From: Candidatus Poribacteria bacterium
GTDB lineage: Bacteria; Poribacteria; WGA-4E; WGA-3G
Direction of reading: 5' to 3'
Assembly (NCBI GenBank): GCA_003635185.1
Contig: PYJA01000004.1
Coordinates: 12,044 to 76,043 of the forward strand
DNA length: 64,000 nt
Part shown: positions 1 to 9,151 of the stretch, piece after piece
Position numbering within the stretch: position 1 is the stretch's first letter
How the letters are laid out: each line of letters opens with the position of its first letter
The notes under the pieces: generated by a model
What the model saw: the letters and a program-made list of their open reading frames with translations, nothing else
What the model was told of the DNA's origin: nothing
The model's database searches: none
Translations under genes and position numbers: made by a program

Positions 1-86
1 CTAAATAACCCTAACTTTATAATGATTTAGTTGCAAGTTTAGTTAACCTCTGTTATATTATACCATTTCTGATAATATATCTCTCT

Positions 87-177
87 TTGTCCCATAAACT
101 TTTAGTTTGTGCCACAAACCGCAATCTGGCAGATTGCGGTACAGAAGTGTCCCATTAATTGTAAGTTTTACTATAAA
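87..177 (+). repeat. Dispersed intergenic repeat family A, copy 1 (TTGTCCCA ... CAAAC-hairpin ... CTACAG..GTGTCC ... TTTACTATAA)
   Basis: ttgtcccataaac...gtgccacaaaccgcaatctggcagattgcggtacagaagtgtccc...ttttactataaatgg. The same architecture recurs at 2905-3063, 15350-15446 and 63508-63606. Confidence 0.6.
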
Positions 178-430
178 TGGATACACGGACTTTTACCGAT
201 ATTGAACACCGCCTTAGCAGAACTTGGCGAGATGCCCTATCGGGAAACAGACCCCGCCCCTATGCGTAGTGCTTGTGAAGTATCAACTCAAAGTCAAGAA
301 GGAAAACATTTTTTTCATGATAGCACAGAACGACGCATACAGCGTCCAAAAGACCGACACACTCAAAAGGTATCCTATAAATCATTATAATGTCTTTTAT
401 AGTAAATTTGAAAATGTTAACACACATAGC

Positions 431-453
431 AGGCGCGGTTTGAAACCGCGCCT
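431..453. repeat. GC-rich hairpin of family B (aggcgcggtttgaaaccgcgcct) just downstream of the gdh stop
   Basis: Perfect 9-bp stem around a ttga loop. Related stem-GGTTT..AACC-stem hairpins occur at 33730, 42346, 59215, 62650 and 63689. No U-tract follows on the gene strand, so this is not a classic terminator. Confidence 0.5.
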
Positions 454-463
454 ACAAATGGAA

Positions 464-1879
464 CTATGGAAAAATGCCAAGTTGCATATAGGATTGTGCA
501 ATTTTATGAATAGCATTGATAAAAGCTGCTGTTCTACTATCTACAACATCTTTTCCGTGTTTCAATCGAATTTCGCGAATCTCCTGATACGCGTTTATCA
601 TTGTATCTTGAAGCCCAGAGTTGACCAAATCTGTTTCATCGGCACCGTGCACTGTCTGTCGTTCATCGTCCGAAAATTGGTAGCCAGTTGCTTTTTCAAC
701 GGCACGAAACATTGCATTGTACGTGCTTTCTTCGAATCGTCTGGCAAGCCTACCGAATCCGACGTGCGAAAGATTTCTCAGCCACTCAAAATAGGAAACG
801 GTAACACCTCCTGCGTTTAGATAGGTATCGGGAATAATCAGGGCACCACGTTCTTGGAGGATTTCATCAGCTTTCGTAGTTGTAGGCCCATTCGCGGCTT
901 CACCGATAATACGCGCTTTAATATGCGGCGCGTTCTCTGCTGTCAGCTGGTTTTCTAAGGCAGCAGGAACAAGGATATCACATTCTAATTCTAAACTAAA
1001 GTTCGGATTCTCAATAAATGTTGCGTCAGGATAATTCCGAATTGAACCGTTTTCTTCGCGAAACATGGCTACCTTTTCAAAATCTAATCCCTCCGGGTTA
1101 TAGATAGCACCACCCATCTCGGCGATGCCGATGACTATTGCCTCAGCCTCAGCTAAGTATTTTGCGGCATGATACCCGACGTTGCCAAAGCCTTGAAGGA
1201 CAACGGTTTTTCCCGGGAGTCCGGGGTCGAGTCCAACCTGTTTCATATCATTTTCATAACTACATACCTCTTCTAAGCCAAAAACAACACCCCGTCCAGT
1301 AGCCTCTTTTCGCCCTTGAATTCCGTTCTGCTCGATCGGTTTTCCCGTCACACATGCGATGGCATCAAGCTTGTCTGTAGACATTGTGAGATATGTATCA
1401 AGAATCCACGCCATCTCATTTTCGCTGGTGCCGAAGTCAGGTGCTGGTACATCTACACCGGGGCCGATATAGTTCTTCTGGATCAGTTCATAAGTATAGC
1501 GGCGGGTGATTCGCTCTAATTCACTCTCGGAGTATTCATTTCTATCAAGCTGAATCCCCCCTTTAGCGCCGCCAAACGGTACGTCTACCAGCGCGCATTT
1601 ATAGGTCATCAAGGCGGCAAGTGCCACTATTTCGTCTTCGTTAACGAGTGTGCTGTAGCGGAGACCGCCTTTGGTTGGTAGGTTATGGTGACTATGTTCG
1701 GCGCGCCAGCCATGAATGGTTTGAATTGTACCATCGTCGCGTTTAATCGGAAAGGTAAAATGACAGGAGTTGTTGCAAATTTTTATCTGATCCAAGAGCC
1801 CCTGCGGATATTCTGTAAACCGCGCTGCTTTGTCAAAATTTTGGTTCACTTTTTGGAAAAATGAGAGGTTTTCTGCCAT
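464..1879 (-). CDS. gdh: Glutamate dehydrogenase (Glu/Leu/Phe/Val dehydrogenase family)
   Basis: 471 aa. Catalytic-lysine box PFGGAKGGIQL, dinucleotide fold LQGFGNVGYH, full-length ORF. Confidence 0.9.
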   Translation of the reverse strand: MAENLSFFQKVNQNFDKAARFTEYPQGLLDQIKICNNSCHFTFPIKRDDGTIQTIHGWRAEHSHHNLPTKGGLRYSTLVNEDEIVALAALMTYKCALVDVPFGGAKGGIQLDRNEYSESELERITRRYTYELIQKNYIGPGVDVPAPDFGTSENEMAWILDTYLTMSTDKLDAIACVTGKPIEQNGIQGRKEATGRGVVFGLEEVCSYENDMKQVGLDPGLPGKTVVLQGFGNVGYHAAKYLAEAEAIVIGIAEMGGAIYNPEGLDFEKVAMFREENGSIRNYPDATFIENPNFSLELECDILVPAALENQLTAENAPHIKARIIGEAANGPTTTKADEILQERGALIIPDTYLNAGGVTVSYFEWLRNLSHVGFGRLARRFEESTYNAMFRAVEKATGYQFSDDERQTVHGADETDLVNSGLQDTMINAYQEIREIRLKHGKDVVDSRTAAFINAIHKIAQSYMQLGIFP

Positions 1880-1977
1880 TGTGTCAGCCTTTAGAGCAAT
1901 TAGCGAAATTGTTTGTAACGAGATGCTTCAAGATAAAATTAGGTTAATCTTTCTATATTAAAAGAAAATGAAATGAC

Positions 1978-2838
1978 TTACCGTTGTCTAATATATTTTT
2001 GTAACCTTGCGTCTGCTTGAACTTCTCCAACGTAAATATCACCGTGAGAATCAACCCAAATACCGTGTGGGCAAGCGAGAAATTCACCGGGAACCGTACT
2101 ACCACGCTCACTACCCCATTGGGATACTACCTCTCCATCCAATGTCATGATTGTTACCCGTTGGTCCAGTTCAGCAATATACACCAAGTCGTCTTCGTCA
2201 ATAAAAATTGTGTCTGGTTGCAGAAGATCTCCCCATTCCTCAATGTATTCTCCATCTAACGTGAAAAACTGGATACGGTTGTTACTTCTGTCTGCTACCA
2301 TTACCCGATTGCGAGGATCAACTCGGACACAGTGAGGGAGATCAAATTCGCCGGGCCCCGTTCCGGGTTTCCCCCAAGATTTAATCAGCTCTCCATCGGG
2401 TGAATATTTGTGAATACGTGCGTTGCCGTAGCCGTCACTGATGAACATCTCTCCATCAGGTCCGAGTGCAAAGTCTGTTGGTAGATTGAAAGGTTCACCC
2501 TCTGCACCCGGTTTATCCATTGTACCGAGGGTCATGAGCAGTGCACCCTCCGTTGTGAACTTATGCATAACGTGTGTTTCACGTTCAACACAGTAGATAT
2601 TGTCCTCTGTATCAATGAAAATGCCGTGTGCATCCTTAAGAATGTCATCACCCCAAGAGGTTAGAAAATTGCCATCCCGATCAAAAACAATCATCGGGTG
2701 TTCGCTTCGGCTATAAACATAAACGCGGTCCTGAGAATCAACCGCGACAGCTGGAATCCAGCCAAATTCATAGCCATCGGGTAGTGTCCACCAATCTTTC
2801 TGCACCGTATACTGATGTGTTCCTTGTCCAAAAATCAT
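1978..2838 (-). CDS. NHL-repeat six-bladed beta-propeller protein (peptidyl-alpha-hydroxyglycine alpha-amidating lyase-like)
   Basis: 286 aa with repeated D..G..YV.D/N.RI..F blades (ISDGYGNARIHKY, VADRSNNRIQFF, IYVGEVQADARLQKY). Confidence 0.7.
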   Translation of the reverse strand: MIFGQGTHQYTVQKDWWTLPDGYEFGWIPAVAVDSQDRVYVYSRSEHPMIVFDRDGNFLTSWGDDILKDAHGIFIDTEDNIYCVERETHVMHKFTTEGALLMTLGTMDKPGAEGEPFNLPTDFALGPDGEMFISDGYGNARIHKYSPDGELIKSWGKPGTGPGEFDLPHCVRVDPRNRVMVADRSNNRIQFFTLDGEYIEEWGDLLQPDTIFIDEDDLVYIAELDQRVTIMTLDGEVVSQWGSERGSTVPGEFLACPHGIWVDSHGDIYVGEVQADARLQKYIRQR

Positions 2839-2904
2839 TAGGGTCTCCCTGTTTAAAAGAATTGTGAGTTATTTTAACAGATATATTGGCATATATCAAG
2901 GGAA

Positions 2905-3063
2905 TTTATAGTGAAGTCTATAATTACTTGCACACACTTGTCCCGTCCACATCTTGTTTGCACACTACTGCACAAACTGGCAGTTTATGCTACAGCACAT
3001 TCCAGTCCATTTGTTTAGATTCCACGGATCAAAAGTGTGCATATATTTTGTATTTCACTATAA
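2905..3063 (+). repeat. Dispersed repeat family A, copy 2, bounded by 11-bp inverted repeats tttatagtgaa / ttcactataaa
   Basis: cttgtcccgtcc...tgcacaaactggcagtttatgctacagcacattcc...tatttcactataa. The inverted ACTATAA ends are at 2905-2915 and 3053-3063. Confidence 0.55.
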
Positions 3064-3317
3064 CTGGGTGTGTCCAGTTTTGACATTAACCGTAGGCATC
3101 AATTTAGCGTTCTTCTCTCCTGTCTGAATCACAGATGAGCGCGGATTTCACCAAATCAACGGTCCGAATGCGCGTGGCAGCATGCGCCAAATCAACGGTA
3201 TGAATGCCTGTTGGCATTCCCCGTGTGGCATGCTGCATGATTCCCCGCAAACTCAATAACCCTGCAGAAAAAATCTCAACGTTGATTCTTACTGCCTTGC
3301 ATGCTACAATACAAATT

Positions 3318-3668
3318 ATGAAGATTATTGAAACAAAAGAAGCGTGGATTCATACACACTTCATCGTAGATAGTTATTTCATCACAGAACAGGAACGTAG
3401 ACAGATATCTATCAACGTCGAACCAGAATTGCTACAATTAGGGATACAGTATGGATTGACATACAACATTGCACCGTCTAAACATCGCGCCATCATCATC
3501 TTGGAATGCATCCCGTTTGAGAGTGTCAAATCAATGGTCCGAGAATTGATCAATGAAGAAATAAAAGATTTTCCAGTTCGGCACCCGGAACAGCGGAACG
3601 TTGTCACCAATATCTCAGTTGCCGATCCAGAGACTAACGAACCGGGGAATACAGAGCCTACCTCATAA
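3318..3668 (+). CDS. Hypothetical protein (116 aa from the internal ATG)
   Basis: Open frame only; no recognisable motif. Start placed at MKIIETKEAW because the upstream part overlaps repeat DNA. No clear RBS. Confidence 0.3.
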   Translation: MKIIETKEAWIHTHFIVDSYFITEQERRQISINVEPELLQLGIQYGLTYNIAPSKHRAIIILECIPFESVKSMVRELINEEIKDFPVRHPEQRNVVTNISVADPETNEPGNTEPTS

Positions 3669-4076
3669 GGTTTTGTGAATTAACGCTTAGCAGACATTGC
3701 TCGGTCCAAAGTCATGAAAGTCTTGATTCAGACAATTTAATATCACAGCCCTCAATCAATCTAATACCTCATTAGTTACCTACCTACTGCCCTTCGCTTT
3801 ACAGTAATTAACCGTTTCTATTCCTATCCATGTAATTGGTATAATCCGCGTTTGAGAAGAAAGTTTTTTTACAAAATTCTGCAATTTTTTTATAGGGAGT
3901 GACCGAACACGCCTTTTTCTACGTCTTGAGCAGTAAATATAGAATATTCTTTCAACATGAAATGATGAATATTCTAACGTAGAAAGGGGCTTAGAATCTC
4001 ATCTTTACTTTCAGATTTACTTTCAGATGCTATCTTATTAGATCAGATTGAAAACGGTAATTTTGATGCTGTTGAC

Positions 4077-4568
4077 GTGCTTATCCGCAAGTATGAAAAA
4101 TTGTTACGGACAATCATCCGGAACAAAGTAGGCAATCCTGATACAGCCGATGATGTTTTTAGTGAAACTTGCCTTGCCGTTGTCCGGCGGTTTCGCCGCA
4201 AGGGCACTGCAGACATTAAAAATGCTGAAAAATGGTTGAAGCAGGTTGCTCGCAGCAAATGTGAAGACTATTGGCGAGATGAGCAAAAACGCCAACAGAT
4301 GATCGTAGAGGCTACACATCAACGCGCTGCCGACTTAGAGCAAGAATTGCACAGGGAGCTGCGTTGGAACGAAATCTTTGCGATTCTTGAAGAGATGTCT
4401 CCTATCTATAAAGATGTCATTGAATTGTGGTTGGAGGGCTGGACTTTCGTTGAGATTGGCGCGAAATTAGGTATTTCCGAAAACACAGCGAAGTCTCGGA
4501 AACGAATTTTTGTTGACCGATTACGCAAGCACTTTGGTGTGTCTCCACCGCGCAAAAAACCAAAATAG
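4077..4568 (+). CDS. ECF-type RNA polymerase sigma-70 family factor (5' end uncertain)
   Basis: Region 2 (VFSETCLAVVRRF.., CEDYWRDEQKR) and region 4 HTH (FVEIGAKLGISENTAKSRKRIFVDRLRK). Sigma-like sequence (DAILLDQIENGNFDAVD) continues in frame upstream of the GTG at 4077, back to a stop at 3975, with no ATG/GTG/TTG. Confidence 0.75.
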   Translation: MLIRKYEKLLRTIIRNKVGNPDTADDVFSETCLAVVRRFRRKGTADIKNAEKWLKQVARSKCEDYWRDEQKRQQMIVEATHQRAADLEQELHRELRWNEIFAILEEMSPIYKDVIELWLEGWTFVEIGAKLGISENTAKSRKRIFVDRLRKHFGVSPPRKKPK

Positions 4569-4820
4569 CGGTAAAACCACTTCAACGACGTATTGTTTGT
4601 TTTTGTTTACACAAAAACAGAGATGTGCTAAAGTATAGTACATCTCCTTTGAATACCTATCAATTTTAAGTTGATAGCGGAAAAGTCAACAACATTGAAG
4701 TTGACCTTTCCAAAGAGGGTATGCTCAAATAATGATATTTTAACAATATCATGTGTTAGGCAACATCCTTCTTTCATAACCGAGGGAAAATTGTTAACTC
4801 CCTCAATAAAAAGGAGTATC

Positions 4821-5399
4821 ATGAAACGATTTAATTTTTTCTTAGCAAGCATTTTAATTTTTGCTGTAATGCTACTTGTTGGAAGTGCAATTGCAGCAAC
4901 TGTCTCATACACTTTGAATGCAATTCCTACACTTGGCCCTGTATGGTGGACTAATACCCTGGAGGATGATCCTGCTTGGGGCGATAAGTTTGAGAGATGT
5001 ATGGCTGTAGTCACGGCAGATATCTTGGATGACGATGGAAATGTTGCATGTCACTTCTCACTCAGGATAGAACGCTCCTATAAGGGAAAACATGTATGGA
5101 AAAATGAAAATGAACTAAAGCATGCTGTTCGTTATTCGGGTGCTGCAAGTGCTTGGGCTTGTGGTAACTGGGAAGGGAAAGGAAACGCAGTGGTTAATAT
5201 GCCAGGAAAGGAACCGGCCCATGATGGGAAAAAAGATGGGGCAATCGATATTGGTGGTGACGGGGAACCCGATGGTGTTTACGCATCGGATTCATCTATA
5301 CGTGACGGTTTTCGTCTCGATCGCGAGGCGAAGGTTACCGCCTCTTGTTTTCATGGCGGTATCTCCGCACAAGTCGGAATCCAAATATCAGGTTTCTAA
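4821..5399 (+). CDS. Secreted hypothetical protein
   Basis: ATG at 4821 follows aaaggag. Signal peptide MKRFNFFLASILIFAVMLLVGSAIAA. No family recognised. Confidence 0.55.
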   Translation: MKRFNFFLASILIFAVMLLVGSAIAATVSYTLNAIPTLGPVWWTNTLEDDPAWGDKFERCMAVVTADILDDDGNVACHFSLRIERSYKGKHVWKNENELKHAVRYSGAASAWACGNWEGKGNAVVNMPGKEPAHDGKKDGAIDIGGDGEPDGVYASDSSIRDGFRLDREAKVTASCFHGGISAQVGIQISGF

Positions 5400-5848
5400 T
5401 GCGCCATATATCCATATTCTTGATAACAACCATGGCAGTGTTCATGCTGCTTATCGGTTGTCAACAACAGGATGGGGAACATCAAGAGTCCCCATCCACC
5501 CCATCTAAAAAGGAAACTAAAGTCCAAATCACCGTTGGTGGGAAGGTCTGGGAGATAGATCCGAATCGTGCTTACCAAGCAACTGGCGTTTGGGTTAATC
5601 CAAATCCACGCTCCTTAACCGATGCGGAACAAACCCGGTTAGCAGCGTTGCAACGGGAGCTCAAAACGTTAAAGCTAAAAACTGAACGACTCAGCGACGA
5701 AGCGAGTTATCTGAAAAGACTTGACAAACCGAAGCTCAAGGTGCGTTATAGTTTTGGAATGCCACCACATAGAGCAGACGGGGATGTCATCGATTTGGGG
5801 GAATTTCCGATGGAAATGAGACAGTTTACACCCCTCCAGGAGGAGTAA
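5399..5848 (+). CDS. Putative lipoprotein, hypothetical
   Basis: ATG overlaps the upstream stop (TAATG). Lipobox-like MRHISIFLITTMAVFMLLIGC followed by a coiled-coil-like segment. Confidence 0.5.
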   Translation: MRHISIFLITTMAVFMLLIGCQQQDGEHQESPSTPSKKETKVQITVGGKVWEIDPNRAYQATGVWVNPNPRSLTDAEQTRLAALQRELKTLKLKTERLSDEASYLKRLDKPKLKVRYSFGMPPHRADGDVIDLGEFPMEMRQFTPLQEE

Positions 5849-5850
5849 TC

Positions 5851-6831
5851 ATGAAATCCAGTTTTAAAAATGTCCTCAAAACGATCTGTTTGAGTCTTGT
5901 TCTTCTCTTGCCAGTGGCAACGCACGCCGCTCCCACTGGCGAGATCATCTTCCAACACCCAAAGGATTACAGCGAATTGTGGATTGGTAACGTAAATGAT
6001 GGACGCAGCGCACAACTACTATTCAAATTGCCGCATGATATTACGACGTTCTCTATACAAAGAGATGGCCGCTATATCGTAGCTGTTATTCAGATAAAAG
6101 GCAAAGATGAGTTAGACTCTTTCCATGATGTTTACCTACTTGATAGAAAGAATCCGAATGCAGGGCCAAAAAGACTGACACAAGGAGAATATAGTGAACT
6201 TTATGATGCAGATGTCTCACCGGATGGAGATGTAGTCTTCACAAACCATTCATTCGTTGTGCCTTTGGAACGCGGGCTCTACCTTATTCCAAACACTGAG
6301 ATAGAGAGAAAGGAACCGATCGCTAAACTGTTACTGAAAAATAATCCATTTCAGGTAGACTGGGCACCTAATGGGAAAAAAATCGCTTACAACACAGAAG
6401 CAGGCATTTTTATCTTCGATACTATTACAAAAGAGACTTCACATATTATCAGGGACGATGGTTTCCCTGTTTTCTCACCCAATTCAAAACATCTTGCCTT
6501 CCTCACGAAAACCGAACCCTATAAAATTGGCATTGTTTCCGTTGTGGGACCCCGCAACTTGCGGTACATAGAACCTGAAGAAAATGCTTACATTGAGTTC
6601 CTCACATGGTCAGCTGATGGTGAATACCTTGTTTACGCATCCTACATTGATCGTATTCCCATATTTAGCTATTTTAATTTTGCAGTGCATATTGAAAGTG
6701 GGGTAACTGAGCGAGTATTGGAAACATACGGTGGTTTGTGGGAGTTTGAATGGGCAACCAGGCGGTACGCTCTTGAACCTGAAGGATTACTGACGACGGT
6801 TTGGGGCAAACTGAAAACAAAAAGCAAATAG
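5851..6831 (+). CDS. Secreted PD40/TolB-like beta-propeller repeat protein, paralog 1
   Basis: Signal peptide LLLPVATHAAP. PD40-type repeats VSPDGDVVF, WAPNGKKIAY, FSPNSKHLAF, WSADGEYLVY. GGAGGAG RBS. Confidence 0.7.
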   Translation: MKSSFKNVLKTICLSLVLLLPVATHAAPTGEIIFQHPKDYSELWIGNVNDGRSAQLLFKLPHDITTFSIQRDGRYIVAVIQIKGKDELDSFHDVYLLDRKNPNAGPKRLTQGEYSELYDADVSPDGDVVFTNHSFVVPLERGLYLIPNTEIERKEPIAKLLLKNNPFQVDWAPNGKKIAYNTEAGIFIFDTITKETSHIIRDDGFPVFSPNSKHLAFLTKTEPYKIGIVSVVGPRNLRYIEPEENAYIEFLTWSADGEYLVYASYIDRIPIFSYFNFAVHIESGVTERVLETYGGLWEFEWATRRYALEPEGLLTTVWGKLKTKSK

Positions 6832-6868
6832 AAATGAGACAGTTTACACCTCTCCAGGAGGAGTAATC

Positions 6869-7855
6869 ATGAAATCCAGATTTAAAAAGATCCTCAAAAC
6901 GCTCTGTTTGAGTTTTATGCTTCTCTTGCCAGTGGCAACGCACGCTGCCCCCACTGGCGAGATCATCTTTAAAAACCCAAAGGATTACAGCGAATTATGG
7001 ATCGGCAACGTAAATGATGGGCGCAGCGCACAACCGCTTTTCAGACTGCCGCATGATATTACGACGTTCTCTATACAAAGAGATGGCCGCTATATCGTAG
7101 CTGTTATTCAGATAAAAGGCAAAGATGAGTTAGACTCTTTCCATGATGTTTACCTACTTGATAGAAAGAATCCGAATGCAGGGCCAAAAAGACTGACACA
7201 AGGAGAATATAGTGAAATTTTTGATGCCGATGTCTCACCGGACGGAGATGTGGTCTTCATAAACCATTCATTCGTTATACTTAAGAAGTTCTTAGAAATC
7301 GGCCTCTACCTCATTCCAAATCAGGAGATACAAAAAAAAGAACCGATCGCAGAACTGTTACTGGAAGAAGATCCATATCAGGTGGACTGGGCACCTAATG
7401 GGAAAAAAATCGCCTACAGCACAGACCTCGGTATTTTTATCTTCAACATAACTACAAAAGGGACTTCACACATTATCAAAGACGGTGACTTTCCTGTTTT
7501 CTCACCCAATTCAAAACATCTTGCCTTCCTCACGAAAACCGAACCCTATAAAATTGGCATTGTTTCCGTTGTGGGACATCGCAACTTGCGATACATAGAA
7601 CCCGAAGCAGGTATTTTCATTGATCACCTCACCTGGTCAGCTGATGGTCAGTACCTTGTTTACACAATGTACAATCATTGGGACCCCGCATTCACCAATT
7701 TCGCAGTGCATATTGAAAGTGGGGTGACTGAGCGAGTATTGGAAACGTATTCAAACGGTGGTTTGTTGGCGTTTGAATGGGCAACCAGGGCTTATGCTCT
7801 TGAACCTGAAGGATTATTGACGACGGTTTGGGGAGAAATAAAACAGAGAAAATGA
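6869..7855 (+). CDS. Secreted PD40/TolB-like beta-propeller repeat protein, paralog 2
   Basis: Close to paralog 1 over its whole length, at the DNA level as well. The same 35-bp upstream leader/RBS is duplicated. Confidence 0.7.
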   Translation: MKSRFKKILKTLCLSFMLLLPVATHAAPTGEIIFKNPKDYSELWIGNVNDGRSAQPLFRLPHDITTFSIQRDGRYIVAVIQIKGKDELDSFHDVYLLDRKNPNAGPKRLTQGEYSEIFDADVSPDGDVVFINHSFVILKKFLEIGLYLIPNQEIQKKEPIAELLLEEDPYQVDWAPNGKKIAYSTDLGIFIFNITTKGTSHIIKDGDFPVFSPNSKHLAFLTKTEPYKIGIVSVVGHRNLRYIEPEAGIFIDHLTWSADGQYLVYTMYNHWDPAFTNFAVHIESGVTERVLETYSNGGLLAFEWATRAYALEPEGLLTTVWGEIKQRK

Positions 7856-7905
7856 TCGTGTTTTAAATCGTCATCATTACAGTTCAATATTATTTGGGAA
7901 TAATC

Positions 7906-8911
7906 ATGAAATCCAGTTTTAAAAAGGCACTCAAAACGATCTGTTTGAGTCTTGTTCTTCTCTTGCCAGTGGCAACGCACGCTGCCCCCACTGGCGAGAT
8001 CATCTTCCAACACCCAAAGGATTACAGCGAATTATGGATCGGCAACGTGAATGATGGACAAACTGCACAACCGCTTTTCAGACTGCCGCATGATATTACA
8101 GCTTTCTCTGTCCAAAGAGATGGCCGCTATATCGTAGCTGTTGTTAAGATAAAAGGCAAAGATGAGTTAGACACTTTTCATGATGTTTACCTACTTGACA
8201 GAAAAAATCCGAATGCAGGGGCGAAAAGATTGACACAAGGTGAATATAGTGAACTTTATGATGCAGATGTCTCACCGGATGGAGATGTAGTCTTCACAAA
8301 CCATTCATTCGTTGTACTAAAGCACCCTTTGGAACGCGGGCTCTACCTTATTCCAAACACTGAGATAGAGAGAAAGGAACCGATCGCAGAACTGTTACTG
8401 AAAAATAATCCATTTCAGGTAGACTGGGCACCTAATGGAAAACAAATTGCCTATAGCACAGACGCAGGCATTTTTTCAGACGCAGGCGTTTTTATCTTCA
8501 ATACGACTACAAAAAAGGTTTCACAGATTACCAGAGATGGGGACCTTCCTGTTTTCTCGCCAAATTCAAAACAATTAGCTTTTCGCACCAGAACCGAACC
8601 CTATAAACTTGGTATTGTCTCCGTTGTGGGACCTCGCAACTTGCGATTCATAGAACCTGAAGAAGATTCTTATATTGAATCCCTCACTTGGTCAGCTGAT
8701 GGACGGTACCTCGTTTACACAATGCTCAATGATTGGGACCCCGCATACACCAATTTCGCAGTGCATCTTGAAAGTGGGGTGATTGAGCGAGTTATTGGAA
8801 ACATATTCAAACGGTGGTTTGTGGGCGTTTGAATGGGCAACCAGGCGGTACGCTCTTGAACCTGAAGGATTATTGACAACGGTTTGGGGAGAAATAAAAC
8901 AGAGAAAATGA
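7906..8911 (+). pseudogene. PD40/TolB-like beta-propeller paralog 3, with a frameshift near its 3' end (or a sequencing error)
   Basis: The annotated ORF stops at 8832. The conserved C-terminus (EWATRRYALEPEGLLTTVWGEIKQRK) continues in another frame to the TGA at 8909-8911. There is an extra T at about 8792 relative to copy 2 (gagcgagttattgg versus gagcgagtattgg). Confidence 0.55.
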
Positions 8912-8965
8912 CCGTGTTTTTTACATCAATTTTGTACGGAAGTAGGGTAACGACTACTAAATATT

Positions 8966-9132
8966 CAGGACAGACGCATTCCCCCCTTGATAAGGGGGTT
9001 AGGGGGTTAAAAGGTGCTATTTCAGCGATATAACCCCCTAAATCCCCCTTATCAAGGGGACTTCAAGAGAAAAAGGTGCTATTTCAGCGATATAACCCCC
9101 TAAATCCCCCTTATCAAGGGGACTTCAAGAGA
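8966..9132 (+). repeat. Palindromic repeat family C (ccccttgataaggggg / cccccttatcaagggg arms) with a perfect 62-bp tandem duplication
   Basis: Left arm 8981-9008, right arm about 9031-9058. The 62-bp unit aaaaggtgct...cttcaagaga is present twice (9009-9070, 9071-9132). An inverted full copy lies at 55522-55637 and a partial copy at 34658-34700. Confidence 0.7.
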
Positions 9133-9151
9133 AAATGTGTAAGTTCTGATA

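Noticed and set aside
431-453. Family B hairpins read as intrinsic terminators
   Set aside because: The stems are GC-rich, but no U-tract follows on the relevant strand at 431, 59215, 62650 or 63689. They are therefore reported only as repeats.
224-820. 198-aa plus-strand ORF, together with the 109-390 ORF
   Set aside because: It overlaps the well-supported gdh gene antisense and runs through intergenic repeat DNA. It has no RBS or motif, so it is treated as spurious.
8966-9132. Possible CRISPR array formed by the repeated cccccttatcaagggg units
   Set aside because: The repeats are inverted arms of a palindrome plus one perfect 62-bp tandem duplication. There are no unique spacers of regular length and no adjacent intact cas genes.
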